Positions 25,174 through 34,154 of a DNA stretch of 64,000 bases are shown here, piece by piece. The position numbers and the translations under genes were made by a program. Positions within the stretch are counted from its first letter, which is position 1, and every line of letters starts with the position of its first letter. The stretch covers positions 32,001 through 96,000 of the IMG/VR virus record IMGVR_UViG_3300044631_002422. One strand, given 5' to 3'. The notes beneath the pieces were generated by a model. That model ran no database searches, was not told the origin of the DNA, and saw only the letters and a program-made list of their open reading frames with translations. Origin of the DNA: a virus.

Positions 25174-26506
25174 AATGAATTTTGATGACTTGCCATGCGA
25201 TAAAAGAATTGCATCTTCTACAGATCCAAACAAAATGATTTGCCAAATAGCTACATCAAGACAGCCGTTTGAAGTAGAAGTCACTCCAACATTTTGTGAA
25301 ACTTGTTTAAAGTGCGGAGGCTATCAAGCCGATAACAACAATAAAGGCATCAAGCTAGCTTCAATTTATTCAGCGAAAAAACAATCTGAACAAGTTTACC
25401 AACTGGCGGAAATCAACAATGGCGATGGTCCCGGAACCGAACTTAAAAAGATGATTCCAAAGTGGCTAGAAAGAAAAGAATGCGGGTGTGCAAACTTTGC
25501 AAAGAAAATGAATATATGGGGTCCAGATTTATGCGAAAAAAATATAGAGCAAATAGTTGACAAACTTCATTCCGAATCCAAAAAGCTTGCAATGTTTTCT
25601 TGGGTTCCAGATGTTTGCACACGAACTGTTTGTTATAAGCTTGCCACTACTGCGATAAAAAGAGCCAGAGAAAAAGAAGGTAACTTAAAAAACAAGTGGT
25701 TTGTTGCTGTTACAACAGCACCAAGAAAAGAACAAACTCTTAGTATTTGTTTGGATTCATTGCTTATCAATGGCTGGCGACCGTACATTTTTGCCGAACC
25801 CGGAAACTATGACTATCTCAATGAAGAATATCGTTCTAATTTAATTTTGAACAAAGAACGAAAAGGAGTTTGGTGGAATTGGATTCAAAGTTGCAGATAT
25901 GCTCTTGAAAATTCTGATGCAGACGTTATAATGACAGTTCAAGACGACTCATTATTTCATCCAGACGCAAAAGACATTGCTGAAATGTTTATGTGGCCAT
26001 CTAAGGATGTTGGATTTATTTCTTTATATACACCAAAACATTACAGCTTGATGTCAAGACAAAAATCTTTAAAAAGATCCACTGGAATAAATAGAATACA
26101 TACCAAAGCTTTATGGGGAGCTTGTGCTTTGATTTGGCCAAGAGAAGTGCTTGAAAAAGTAATGCAGCATGAGTTGATAGAAGGATGGCTTGGCGCTCCA
26201 CTAAAAACAATGTCAGCTTGGGAAGAAAGAAAAAGAAAAAGAAAAGAAGAGCCTTGGACTATTCAAAATAGTGATACCGGCATAGGAAAAATCATGAACA
26301 GAATGGGTCGCAGTATGTGGTTTGTTGACCCTTCGCCTGTGCAGCATATAGCTAAATATTCAGCAATTAATCATGGAGGAAACGAAGGCAGAAGAAATTG
26401 CGGACGATGCGCAAACTTTAAAATTCCTCTTAAAGAACAAGTTCCTTTTTTGTTCAATGGAGAGCCAGCAAAAACTTTTTCTGCAAAAGAAATAGAATTG
26501 AGTTGA
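25154..26506 (+). CDS. Cys-rich N-terminal domain fused to a GT-A-like glycosyltransferase
   Basis: GPGTELKK..CGC..MN.WGPD.C region; VQDD motif, GACAL, PS.VQHI. Confidence 0.65.
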   Translation: MFVEMFEMNFDDLPCDKRIASSTDPNKMICQIATSRQPFEVEVTPTFCETCLKCGGYQADNNNKGIKLASIYSAKKQSEQVYQLAEINNGDGPGTELKKMIPKWLERKECGCANFAKKMNIWGPDLCEKNIEQIVDKLHSESKKLAMFSWVPDVCTRTVCYKLATTAIKRAREKEGNLKNKWFVAVTTAPRKEQTLSICLDSLLINGWRPYIFAEPGNYDYLNEEYRSNLILNKERKGVWWNWIQSCRYALENSDADVIMTVQDDSLFHPDAKDIAEMFMWPSKDVGFISLYTPKHYSLMSRQKSLKRSTGINRIHTKALWGACALIWPREVLEKVMQHELIEGWLGAPLKTMSAWEERKRKRKEEPWTIQNSDTGIGKIMNRMGRSMWFVDPSPVQHIAKYSAINHGGNEGRRNCGRCANFKIPLKEQVPFLFNGEPAKTFSAKEIELS

Positions 26507-26590
26507 CATAAGTATTGATAGAATGTATAATAAGTATATGAATAACGATTACGGCGTGTAATCTTTTTTGTTTAGTGTAAGGAGTTTATT

Positions 26591-26950
26591 GTGAAAAATT
26601 TTGTTTTGTTGATTTTGGTTTTTGTTTTTGGTGTAATTGCTAGTACTTCAGTTTCGGCCCAAGAGCCTATTGCAGAAGCCCCTCCTTCTGTTCAAACGCT
26701 CGTTCATCAAGAACAAGGGCAAACTTCGGTTGCAACATTGGCCTTGTCACAGTCTTGCGCAAATTGCACAGGAAGTTCAGTTGCCACAACAATGATTAGC
26801 ACTCCAGTAAAGTTTATTCAACGGCTTGCGTGTTCATCTCCAGTTCAGCGCGTAGCTCAGGCTCCGTCGCGATTTGGTCACTGGGTTCAGTGCAATAAAC
26901 CAGTTCGGTCTGCGATGCGAAATGTAGCTTGCCGTTTGCGTTGTCGATAA
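26591..26950 (+). CDS. secreted hypothetical protein
   Basis: Signal peptide ending ASTSVSA-Q; AGGAG RBS. Confidence 0.7.
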   Translation: MKNFVLLILVFVFGVIASTSVSAQEPIAEAPPSVQTLVHQEQGQTSVATLALSQSCANCTGSSVATTMISTPVKFIQRLACSSPVQRVAQAPSRFGHWVQCNKPVRSAMRNVACRLRCR

Positions 26951-26954
26951 CAAT

Positions 26955-27044
26955 AGAAACAAAAGTCGGAAGCGTCTGCTTTGCATTCAGCGATTAGACA
27001 GATAGACAATACTAGACTCGCCGGTGAAAATCCGGCTTGTTTCT
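26955..27044 (+). ncRNA. tRNA-like RNA at the head of the tRNA cluster
   Basis: AGAAACAA/TTGTTTCT stem adjoining GCCGG-TGAAAAT-CCGGC arm. Confidence 0.45.
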
Positions 27045-27047
27045 TTT

Positions 27048-27120
27048 GCTGCTCTAGTTCAATTGGTAGAACAATAGTTTTGTAAACTATATGTTGTGGG
27101 TTCAAGTCCCACGGGTAGCT
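27048..27120 (+). tRNA. tRNA-Thr(UGU)
   Basis: Cloverleaf, loop TTTGTAA. Confidence 0.93.
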
Positions 27121-27125
27121 TTTAC

Positions 27126-27197
27126 TGCCCTGTTGTGTAACTGGCAGCACGGCAGACTTTGACTCTGCTAGTCTAGGTTCAAATCCTAGCGGGGCAA
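27126..27197 (+). tRNA. tRNA-Gln(UUG)
   Basis: Cloverleaf, loop CTTTGAC. Confidence 0.93.
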
Positions 27198-27199
27198 TT

Positions 27200-27270
27200 C
27201 GAGCTATAGTTTAAAGGTAAAATGTAACTCTGATAAAGTTAAGATGGGGGTTCAATTCCTTCTGGCTCGA
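27200..27270 (+). tRNA. tRNA-Ile(GAU)
   Basis: Cloverleaf, loop CTGATAA. Confidence 0.85.
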
Positions 27271-27275
27271 CTTAT

Positions 27276-27348
27276 GACTCCTTGGCATGTCTGGGATTGC
27301 AGCAAGCTGTTAACTTGCACTAGCTCGGTTCGATTCCGAGAGGGGTCT
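27276..27348 (+). tRNA. tRNA-Asn(GUU)
   Basis: Cloverleaf, loop CTGTTAA. Confidence 0.88.
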
Positions 27349-27354
27349 TTATAA

Positions 27355-27428
27355 CGGAAAGTAGCTCAGTTTGGCAGAGCGCTTGCCTTGGGAGCAAGAG
27401 GCCACAGGTTCGAATCCTGTTTTTCCGA
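27355..27428 (+). tRNA. tRNA-Pro(UGG)
   Basis: Cloverleaf, loop CTTGGGA. Confidence 0.95.
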
Positions 27429-27430
27429 CT

Positions 27431-27566
27431 GGCATATTAGTTTAATGGGTAATTGTAGATCTTAGCTAAATCTATTTAAATTACGCATTCAAGTTTTCTA
27501 GAAACTGTAGAATGTTAAAGCGCCGTGAGTCCACGGAAGAATACGGTTCGATTCCGTAATATGCCG
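27431..27566 (+). ncRNA. tRNA-like RNA with about 70-nt D-loop insertion and 4-nt anticodon loop
   Basis: GGCATAT/ATATGCC acceptor, TACGG-TTCGATT-CCGTA T arm, CCGTG-AGTC-CACGG arm. Confidence 0.7.
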
Positions 27567-27571
27567 CTATT

Positions 27572-27651
27572 GGAATGTATCCGAACGGTGAGGAAGCTGT
27601 TTTGAAAACAGTAGCCCGAAAGGGTTGTGGGTTCGAATCCTACACATTCCG
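27572..27651 (+). tRNA. tRNA-Ser(UGA)
   Basis: Loop TTTGAAA, long variable arm. Confidence 0.9.
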
Positions 27652-27686
27652 CTTGCAAAAAGAGATATCGTAAGATATAATACATT

Positions 27687-27776
27687 GGGAGTGAGGCTAC
27701 TGCTGGTTGTGTAGCGTCAGACTGTAAATCTGATCCTTATTAGGTAACATCGGGGGTTCAATTCCCTCTGCTCCCA
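27687..27776 (+). tRNA. tRNA-Tyr(GUA)
   Basis: Loop CTGTAAA, long variable region. Confidence 0.9.
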
Positions 27777-27817
27777 CTTGGAAAAGAGGCAAATTCTTTG
27801 TAGAGGAATAACAAAAA

Positions 27818-27891
27818 GGTGCTATAGATCAATTGGTTAGATCGTCAGCCTGTCACGCTGAAGGTTACGGGTTCGAGTCCCGTTAGCATCG
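27818..27891 (+). tRNA. tRNA-Asp(GUC)
   Basis: Cloverleaf, loop CTGTCAC. Confidence 0.95.
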
Positions 27892-28006
27892 TTTATTAAG
27901 TTTTGGTTAATAATTGTTAACATAACCTTTTAGCATAGCCTATTTGAGTAAATTAAACTATAACACAGAATGTTAATTTAGTTTATTATGTCAAAAGGAA
28001 TGTTTA

Positions 28007-29044
28007 ATGAAAAACCGAAATGCTTTTACTTTGATTGAATTGTTGGTTGTTATTGCTATTATTGGTATTCTTGTTGGAATGCTGTTGCCAGCAATTCAAA
28101 GTGTCCGCGAAGCGGCGCGTAGAACACAATGTATGAACAATATGCGGCAGCTTGGAATAGCGGTTATGAATTACGAAAGTGCTGCTAAGTTTTTACCAGC
28201 AAGCCGCTGGGGAACCAATAGAACTATAACAAATAGTCCAATTACTGGTGTAACTTTGAATGTCCATAGTGCAAAAACTAAAGATCACTCTTGGCTTGCT
28301 CTTGTTCTTCCATACATCGAACAGGTTGGACTTGCAGACCTTTATGACGGAGGTAATAATTCTTATTGGTGGAATGGCGCTCCTACATCAAATCCATCTT
28401 CAAACAATCTATCTGTGTCAAGAACATCTGTGAATACATTTTTGTGTCCAACTTCTCCGGGAAGCAACCGTACAGATCCATATTTGATTGTTGGTGCTGC
28501 TGCCGGTGACTATAGTTCAATAAATGAAGTTAAAGAGGATTTTTACACTGTTGGTTTGGGTTTAGCTGCTACTGCTGTTCCTGCTCAACGCGCCCGCGAT
28601 GGCGTATTGGCAAAAGATGTAAGAAATCCACTGCGAGACGTTGTAGACGGAACATCAAACACTATAATGATTGGGGAAGCAAGTGGCGCTCCAGATGTTT
28701 ATATTCGTAGAAAATTAATGACACTAACTGAATACAATGTGTATATCGCTGATGGTGGTACAAAGGTTACAAACTCAATTGCTGGTCGATTTGTTTTGGT
28801 TGATGGAACTGGTTGGGCAGATCCTGATCGTGGATATTCAATCAACGGATCAAGAGCTAGTGGAGCGGCTGGTGGAAATCGCGTTATGAATTACATAAAT
28901 GCAAGCGAACCGTTTAGTTTTCATCCCGGTGGTTGTGCTTTTGTAAGAGCAGACGGCTCAACAGAATATGTTGGAGAAACTATTGCTCCAGCTGTTTTTG
29001 CAGCAAAATGCACACGCGCCGGTTCAGAAATTATACAAGAATAA
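28007..29044 (+). CDS. DUF1559 prepilin-type protein
   Basis: [33 protein letters not shown]; CP.S; DG.SNT; SFHPGG..F..ADGS (H-X9-DG). Confidence 0.95.
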   Translation: MKNRNAFTLIELLVVIAIIGILVGMLLPAIQSVREAARRTQCMNNMRQLGIAVMNYESAAKFLPASRWGTNRTITNSPITGVTLNVHSAKTKDHSWLALVLPYIEQVGLADLYDGGNNSYWWNGAPTSNPSSNNLSVSRTSVNTFLCPTSPGSNRTDPYLIVGAAAGDYSSINEVKEDFYTVGLGLAATAVPAQRARDGVLAKDVRNPLRDVVDGTSNTIMIGEASGAPDVYIRRKLMTLTEYNVYIADGGTKVTNSIAGRFVLVDGTGWADPDRGYSINGSRASGAAGGNRVMNYINASEPFSFHPGGCAFVRADGSTEYVGETIAPAVFAAKCTRAGSEIIQE

Positions 29045-29330
29045 GGGCTAGAAAGGTTTCGAATCAGTATAGAGATTTTAAATGCATCGCGTAGTTGGGA
29101 TAGAGGCTACGTTAAAACTATTCCAAAATTTTAATTGGCAAGAATACTCTTGCTCTCGCTGCCTAATAAGTAGCTAGGGTTGCCCGACACCTTACTAACC
29201 AAAGTCGGGTAATATTATATCACTCTTAGACTGACTTGTTGCGGCGGTCAGGTAAAAAATGCAGCAACTAACGATGTAGATTTTAACTTTGTAAGTATCT
29301 GATGACCCGTTTTCGATAACGGCTAGTCCA
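29045..29330 (+). ncRNA. ssrA: tmRNA
   Basis: GGGCTAG/CTAGTCC acceptor with G3.U70; tag ORF 29137-29166 encoding GKNTLALAA*. Confidence 0.9.
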
Positions 29331-29409
29331 CTGAAGTTTTTAAAAAACGAGCTTCTCTGCCATGCGTAGAGGAAGTAACAAAGCCGTCCATAGTGGCGGC
29401 TTTAGCTTT

Positions 29410-29506
29410 GGGAAAGTGATGATAAAGACGCTAAATAGAATAAAAGACAATGGTAGGCTTGCTCCTGAGTCGGAGCCTGATGCTGGTTCGAATCCAGCCT
29501 TTCCCA
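29410..29506 (+). ncRNA. tRNA-like RNA with expanded D region and 6-nt anticodon loop
   Basis: GGGAAAG/CTTTCCC acceptor, GCTGG-TTCGAAT-CCAGC T arm, GCTCC-TGAGTC-GGAGC arm. Confidence 0.65.
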
Positions 29507-29582
29507 TTTTTTTTGATCGCGATGTTGACAAGCACATTTCGTATGCTATAATAAAGGAAAGCCAAATGGGAAGGAGAAAATA

Positions 29583-29951
29583 ATGATTGAGGGAATTCCA
29601 GTTGGGTATGAACTGGTGCGGATTGGACGGCCTCTGTGCGGAGAGCAAATTCTGAGCCCAGACGGAAGGGTTGTGTTCATGAGCGGTGGAGCGTTGGACG
29701 TTAATTACGTCGTCCTTCGCAAAATCGAAAAACCCAAGACCTACAGGCCATTTGCCAATGGTGATGAGTATGCACCGCACTTTAGTAGGTTGGTTATTGA
29801 AGTGAACGATAATAATTTGACGTATCTACCAACAGCATTTGATAAAAACAAAGTGTGGCTTGGACCCGGTTTTAATGGGTGTACTTGGGACGAAGCATTC
29901 TGTGTTTTTAAATTCAAGGACAGCGGCGAGCCATTTGGTGTGGAGGAGTAG
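29583..29951 (+). CDS. hypothetical protein, paralog of 6237-6605
   Basis: Shared motifs; AGGAG RBS and upstream TTGACA..TATAAT. Confidence 0.75.
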   Translation: MIEGIPVGYELVRIGRPLCGEQILSPDGRVVFMSGGALDVNYVVLRKIEKPKTYRPFANGDEYAPHFSRLVIEVNDNNLTYLPTAFDKNKVWLGPGFNGCTWDEAFCVFKFKDSGEPFGVEE

Positions 29952-30139
29952 TGATGTTTGATTGTGAAGACGATCCGCCGTGGCTTGATTACCTAGTTTT
30001 TTTGTTTCCGCCATTCGCAATAGCAATGGCAGTTACAGCTTCGATGTTGTTTGGAGATACATTGCGAGCAAAAGTTATTCGTAAAAGCGAACCAGTTAGA
30101 GTTGAGATTGTTGACCAAGGGAAAGCGAGGGGCGAATGA
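29951..30139 (+). CDS. small membrane protein
   Basis: One hydrophobic segment; coupled to both neighbours. Confidence 0.55.
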   Translation: MMFDCEDDPPWLDYLVFLFPPFAIAMAVTASMLFGDTLRAKVIRKSEPVRVEIVDQGKARGE

Positions 30140-30390
30140 ACGAGTGGAAGTCGATAACCGAAATGCCAGACAACTTTTGTGGAGATGTTTGGGTTTTCTC
30201 GCCGCACGTAAAACAACCAGAGTTGGCTCACACCTATCTAGCTGGATGGAGCAAAGACCCAAGCAAGCGTGTATTCGAGACAATCTATACAGTCCACGAC
30301 AGCGAGGGATTGAACGCTGAATACTTCAGAGACGTTTCCCATTACATGGAGGTTGTTCCTCCAGAGCCACCAATAGTGAGGGTAGAATAA
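30136..30390 (+). CDS. DUF551-like phage protein
   Basis: MNEW.SI.E.P start and VSHYM...PEPP end. Confidence 0.65.
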   Translation: MNEWKSITEMPDNFCGDVWVFSPHVKQPELAHTYLAGWSKDPSKRVFETIYTVHDSEGLNAEYFRDVSHYMEVVPPEPPIVRVE

Positions 30391-30443
30391 TGAATGAGGA
30401 ATGGTTGGCGAGTGAAATAGAGAAGTTTGAAAAGGAAAAAGCA

Positions 30444-30815
30444 ATGAGCGAGATACAAACTGGCGAAGGTTACAGGTTAATCGACAAGGCAAAGGACACA
30501 AAGCGACCGGGAGATGAGTATTGGTCCTGTTTTGGCGACTGGGCTTTAGCGTCGAATGACGGCATGTTTCACCCCGAACACGTTTACCGTCGCCGCATCC
30601 CGGCCAAGCCGGAAGCGATGGAGATTTGGAACGCTTTTAAGGTGCAATGTGGCTACGCACCAGACCACTTTGCAATTTGGCAAGTTGGTCCACCCGATTC
30701 CGCTGGCGATGTTGTTATTGGTAATGCAGCCGAAGCCCGCCAACTAGCCGACTGGTTGACGAGGTTTGCCGAATGGCGAGAAGCACAAGGGGACAACAAT
30801 GAACGAACAAATTGA
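30444..30815 (+). CDS. hypothetical protein, GWRLLGPDE paralog family
   Basis: MSEIQTGEGYRL..RRRIPAKPEA..ARQLADWL; start may be 30390. Confidence 0.75.
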   Translation: MSEIQTGEGYRLIDKAKDTKRPGDEYWSCFGDWALASNDGMFHPEHVYRRRIPAKPEAMEIWNAFKVQCGYAPDHFAIWQVGPPDSAGDVVIGNAAEARQLADWLTRFAEWREAQGDNNERTN

Positions 30816-31170
30816 GCCCGGCGATGGATGGCGGTTGCTGGGACCGGATGAACCAGTATTTCCATTAGACGAACTTTACTTTGCGGAAGGTGGAAGCTGG
30901 CATCAAATGTCTCCACAGAATTTCCTTTGCAAAGCAAAGCTATGGACCGCCGTTCGCCGCAAAATCCCAGCCCTGCCAGATGTGTTAAAGATTCAGAGTG
31001 AAGGCGGGTCAATATCGCTGGAAACCATTCCTCGCGGACCTGCTTATATTATTCAGCGATGGGAAGATTCAAGGGATGAGGTTCGACTGGATACCACCGA
31101 GCAAATTCGCCAAGTAATCGCATGGCTACAACAAGTTGTTGACTGGCGAGAGCAAGGAGAACAAAAATGA
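30799..31170 (+). CDS. hypothetical protein, GWRLLGPDE paralog family
   Basis: GDGWRLLGPDE..VRRKIP..DWRE.G. Confidence 0.75.
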   Translation: MNEQIEPGDGWRLLGPDEPVFPLDELYFAEGGSWHQMSPQNFLCKAKLWTAVRRKIPALPDVLKIQSEGGSISLETIPRGPAYIIQRWEDSRDEVRLDTTEQIRQVIAWLQQVVDWREQGEQK

Positions 31171-31270
31171 GCTTAATATGATATTTTTTGCTGGAGTTTT
31201 GATTGGGGGCTTGACGATACTGTTTTGTATGGTATAATTGAGTTGTAACATCAACAATTTGGAGAACACA

Positions 31271-31672
31271 ATGAATCGACAAGAAATTTTCAACAAAGTT
31301 TACGATTACGCAAAGACTATGCAGGGGCCGTCATATTTTATGGAAAATGACACAAGCCCAACATGTGCATATCGCGGATGCAATGGAAACAGGTGTTTGA
31401 TTGGGGCTTTGATTCCCGATAGTCTTTATTGCAAAGAAATGGAAGCTAACGTTATTGAAAACTTGTTGGGAGAATTTCCACAGCTTGACGACTACTTTGA
31501 AGTAAAAAGTGAAGACGATGTGAGGTTTCTAGCAAGTCTTCAAATGTGTCACGATAATTCTTGTAACTTTAATAATCGTTTTGCTCCAGATAAAGTTCCA
31601 TTGGATCTTTTCAAAGAGCGATTAATGGAAAACTTGAAAGATTTTGCAGAAGCTAATAATTTGAAAGTCTAA
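31271..31672 (+). CDS. conserved phage hypothetical protein
   Basis: QEIF, CAYRG..G.RC.IG.LIPD and LQ..HD motifs. Confidence 0.7.
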   Translation: MNRQEIFNKVYDYAKTMQGPSYFMENDTSPTCAYRGCNGNRCLIGALIPDSLYCKEMEANVIENLLGEFPQLDDYFEVKSEDDVRFLASLQMCHDNSCNFNNRFAPDKVPLDLFKERLMENLKDFAEANNLKV

Positions 31673-31752
31673 AAAATTTTGTTTTTATTGTGGACAATCT
31701 AGTTTATCGAGATATAATATGTTGTATCAAAACGAACAACAAAGGTTTTGGG

Positions 31753-32172
31753 ATGGTTAAAAAAAAGAAACGAATTCCTCTTAAAGAATGTCCAGCTTGT
31801 CAAGCAAAAGTTCATGCAAGAAAAGCTGAATGCGAGGAATGTGGACATTGTTTTTACGAAAAGAAAAGTAAACTTGTTACTGATTGGACAAAATTAAAAA
31901 TTGGTGATATAGTTAGATCACTGTATGGAAATGGACCTTATTGGGAAGATCCAGTTAGTAAAGAAAAACTGTACATGGGTTCGTATGGAAAGTTTGCTGT
32001 CAATAAAGTTGGTGACAATTACATTGGGTGTTCAGAGGTAAAAAAATATGGTGGCTTTTCTAGTGGCTATCATATATTATATATGGGTGAATTTAAAAGG
32101 TCTAATTTGTGTGATAATCTTTATAGATGCCCGCATAAATTAATTAGTGTTTCTTTAAAAGGAGAGCGTTGA
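31753..32172 (+). CDS. hypothetical protein with N-terminal Zn ribbon
   Basis: CPAC...CEECG. Confidence 0.65.
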   Translation: MVKKKKRIPLKECPACQAKVHARKAECEECGHCFYEKKSKLVTDWTKLKIGDIVRSLYGNGPYWEDPVSKEKLYMGSYGKFAVNKVGDNYIGCSEVKKYGGFSSGYHILYMGEFKRSNLCDNLYRCPHKLISVSLKGER

Positions 32173-32401
32173 TGTTTACTGATTGGAATTCTATTCTGTC
32201 GAATAGAGGAAATGTTCATACCGTTAATAACTTTGCTAACGGTAGTATTAGTGGCGAGGATTTTTATGCTAGATTTTGTGGAACTCCTCTTGGTGGTTCT
32301 ATTCGTAATCTTCTTAGGACTTACGGAGTTGAGCGAGCGAGAATTTTGGCCAAGAAAGCGTTGAATCGTCGAGAACTTGTTTAATTTTTAGAGGTGCAAT
32401 T

Positions 32402-32758
32402 ATGTTGAATAATCGTGTTATTTTGAAGGGTAATTTGACTAAAGATCCAGAATACAAGACTGTATCCGACAAGGAACTTGTATCTTTCCGTATCGCTGTA
32501 AATGAGTCAGTCGGTAATGGAAAGGAAGAAACAGTTTACATGGATGTTGATGGATGGGGAAGTCATGCTGGTTATGCCCGCGATGTTTCTCTGAGCAAGG
32601 GTGATCGTGTGATTATCGATGGCCGTTTGCGTCAGCGAAACTGGGAAGACAAGGCTGGCGCGAACCGAACTTCTTATACTGTTTTGCCTAGTACTTTTTC
32701 TAAGGTTGTGAAGCCACCAAAAATGGACGCCGAACCATCAGGATCTGAAACTTTCTAA
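32402..32758 (+). CDS. ssb: single-stranded DNA-binding protein
   Basis: NRVIL.GNLT.DPE, FRIAVN, KG..V...GRL..R.W. Confidence 0.93.
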   Translation: MLNNRVILKGNLTKDPEYKTVSDKELVSFRIAVNESVGNGKEETVYMDVDGWGSHAGYARDVSLSKGDRVIIDGRLRQRNWEDKAGANRTSYTVLPSTFSKVVKPPKMDAEPSGSETF

Positions 32759-33010
32759 GTTTAAGTACAATGAAAAATAGACAATACTTGATAAATGCGT
32801 TGAGAGATATTGAGCTTAGGCTTAGTTTATTGCAAGAGCGATCTTATTCTCTAGAGCAAAATTCTTCCGAACTACGTCAGGTAGATAAACGAAGAAAGAA
32901 GCTTGATAAAAATAGAGAAAAAATTTTGAGAAAACTTGAGCAACTTAATAGCAATCAAGATTATAATAATTTAGACTAGAGTCAATCCATAATACTCTAG
33001 AGGAAATTGA

Positions 33011-33040
33011 GATACCCTTTTAATAGGGGTATCTTTTTTT
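33011..33040 (+). terminator. intrinsic terminator
   Basis: GATACCC/GGGTATC stem and T-tract. Confidence 0.75.
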
Positions 33041-33075
33041 ATAGGTTTGTCTTACTCGTACTAATCGGATTGCAT

Positions 33076-33894
33076 ATGAAAACAGGAATAGTTATAGGTC
33101 ACAATACAGGTCTTGGTGATCAAATCATAATGAATGGTGCGGTAAGATACTTAGCTGAAGTTTATGACACGGTTTGGTTTGTTACATGGGAAAATAGAAA
33201 AAAACACGCTGAATTTCTTTATAAAAATTGTGCAAATATTGAAATTTATACTAAACCATCAATAGCAAGTTCTAGACAAGGTATACTTAGAATGAGTGCG
33301 GCATATGAAGAAATAACAAAGCAGCACAATGACTATGAATTTAAACCATACAATAGATGTTTTTATCCATCTGTTGATGATTGGAAAAAATTTCAAATTA
33401 AAATGAAATTACCGGATAATGTAATATTCCCAAGGGTATTTTATGGTATAATTGGAGTTCCATACGAAAAAAGATATCAATATCAACAAATACCAAGAGA
33501 TTTAGTAGTTGAAAAAAAGATATTTGAAAAGTTAAATATTAGTAAACCATATGCATTCGTAGTAAATGATTCTCGTTCATCAAAATATGAATTTAAAATT
33601 AATACTAATCTTAAAATTATTAACCCGCTAGAATATGATTTCTGGAAAGATACTTTAATTTATGATTGGCAGACAGTTATTGAGAATGCTTCCGAAGTAC
33701 ATTTAGTAAACACAAGTTGGTTTCATTTAGCAAGAACACTAAAGTTAAACTCCAAAAAGTTTTATTATTGCGCTAGAAATATCCTAATGTGTGAACAAAG
33801 CGAAGAATTCGTAAACGATGAATTTGATAATAACTGGATAATAGTAAAGACTAAAACTTTAGAAAAAGTTAAGAAAAAATGGTGGTTAAATTAA
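33076..33894 (+). CDS. putative glycosyltransferase-related protein
   Basis: H.TGLGD.I and A.EVH.V.TS motifs. Confidence 0.55.
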   Translation: MKTGIVIGHNTGLGDQIIMNGAVRYLAEVYDTVWFVTWENRKKHAEFLYKNCANIEIYTKPSIASSRQGILRMSAAYEEITKQHNDYEFKPYNRCFYPSVDDWKKFQIKMKLPDNVIFPRVFYGIIGVPYEKRYQYQQIPRDLVVEKKIFEKLNISKPYAFVVNDSRSSKYEFKINTNLKIINPLEYDFWKDTLIYDWQTVIENASEVHLVNTSWFHLARTLKLNSKKFYYCARNILMCEQSEEFVNDEFDNNWIIVKTKTLEKVKKKWWLN

Positions 33895-34154
33895 GGGGAA
33901 TAAAAAAATGCAAAAACCGAATAAATCTAAACAACAAAAACAATTAAAGAATGGTAAAAAGAAACGATCAAAACAATTAAAAAGAAACGAGCAAAATAAG
34001 ACTAAAAGACTAAAACGTCTTTTAAAAAACACACAAAAAAGACAAATCGAGAACGAAACATTCAAGCTTGAAGACGAAATAAGACGAATACAAAACAAGG
34101 GCTTGACATTCAGAAATCCTATTGTAGAATAGTGTTTTTAAGAAGTTTGGAGGA

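Noticed and set aside
29340-29780. ORFs 29340-29780 (-) and 29362-29583 (+)
   Set aside because: They overlap a tRNA-like RNA and a promoter; AGFEPA and AGSNPA are typical translations of a T arm.
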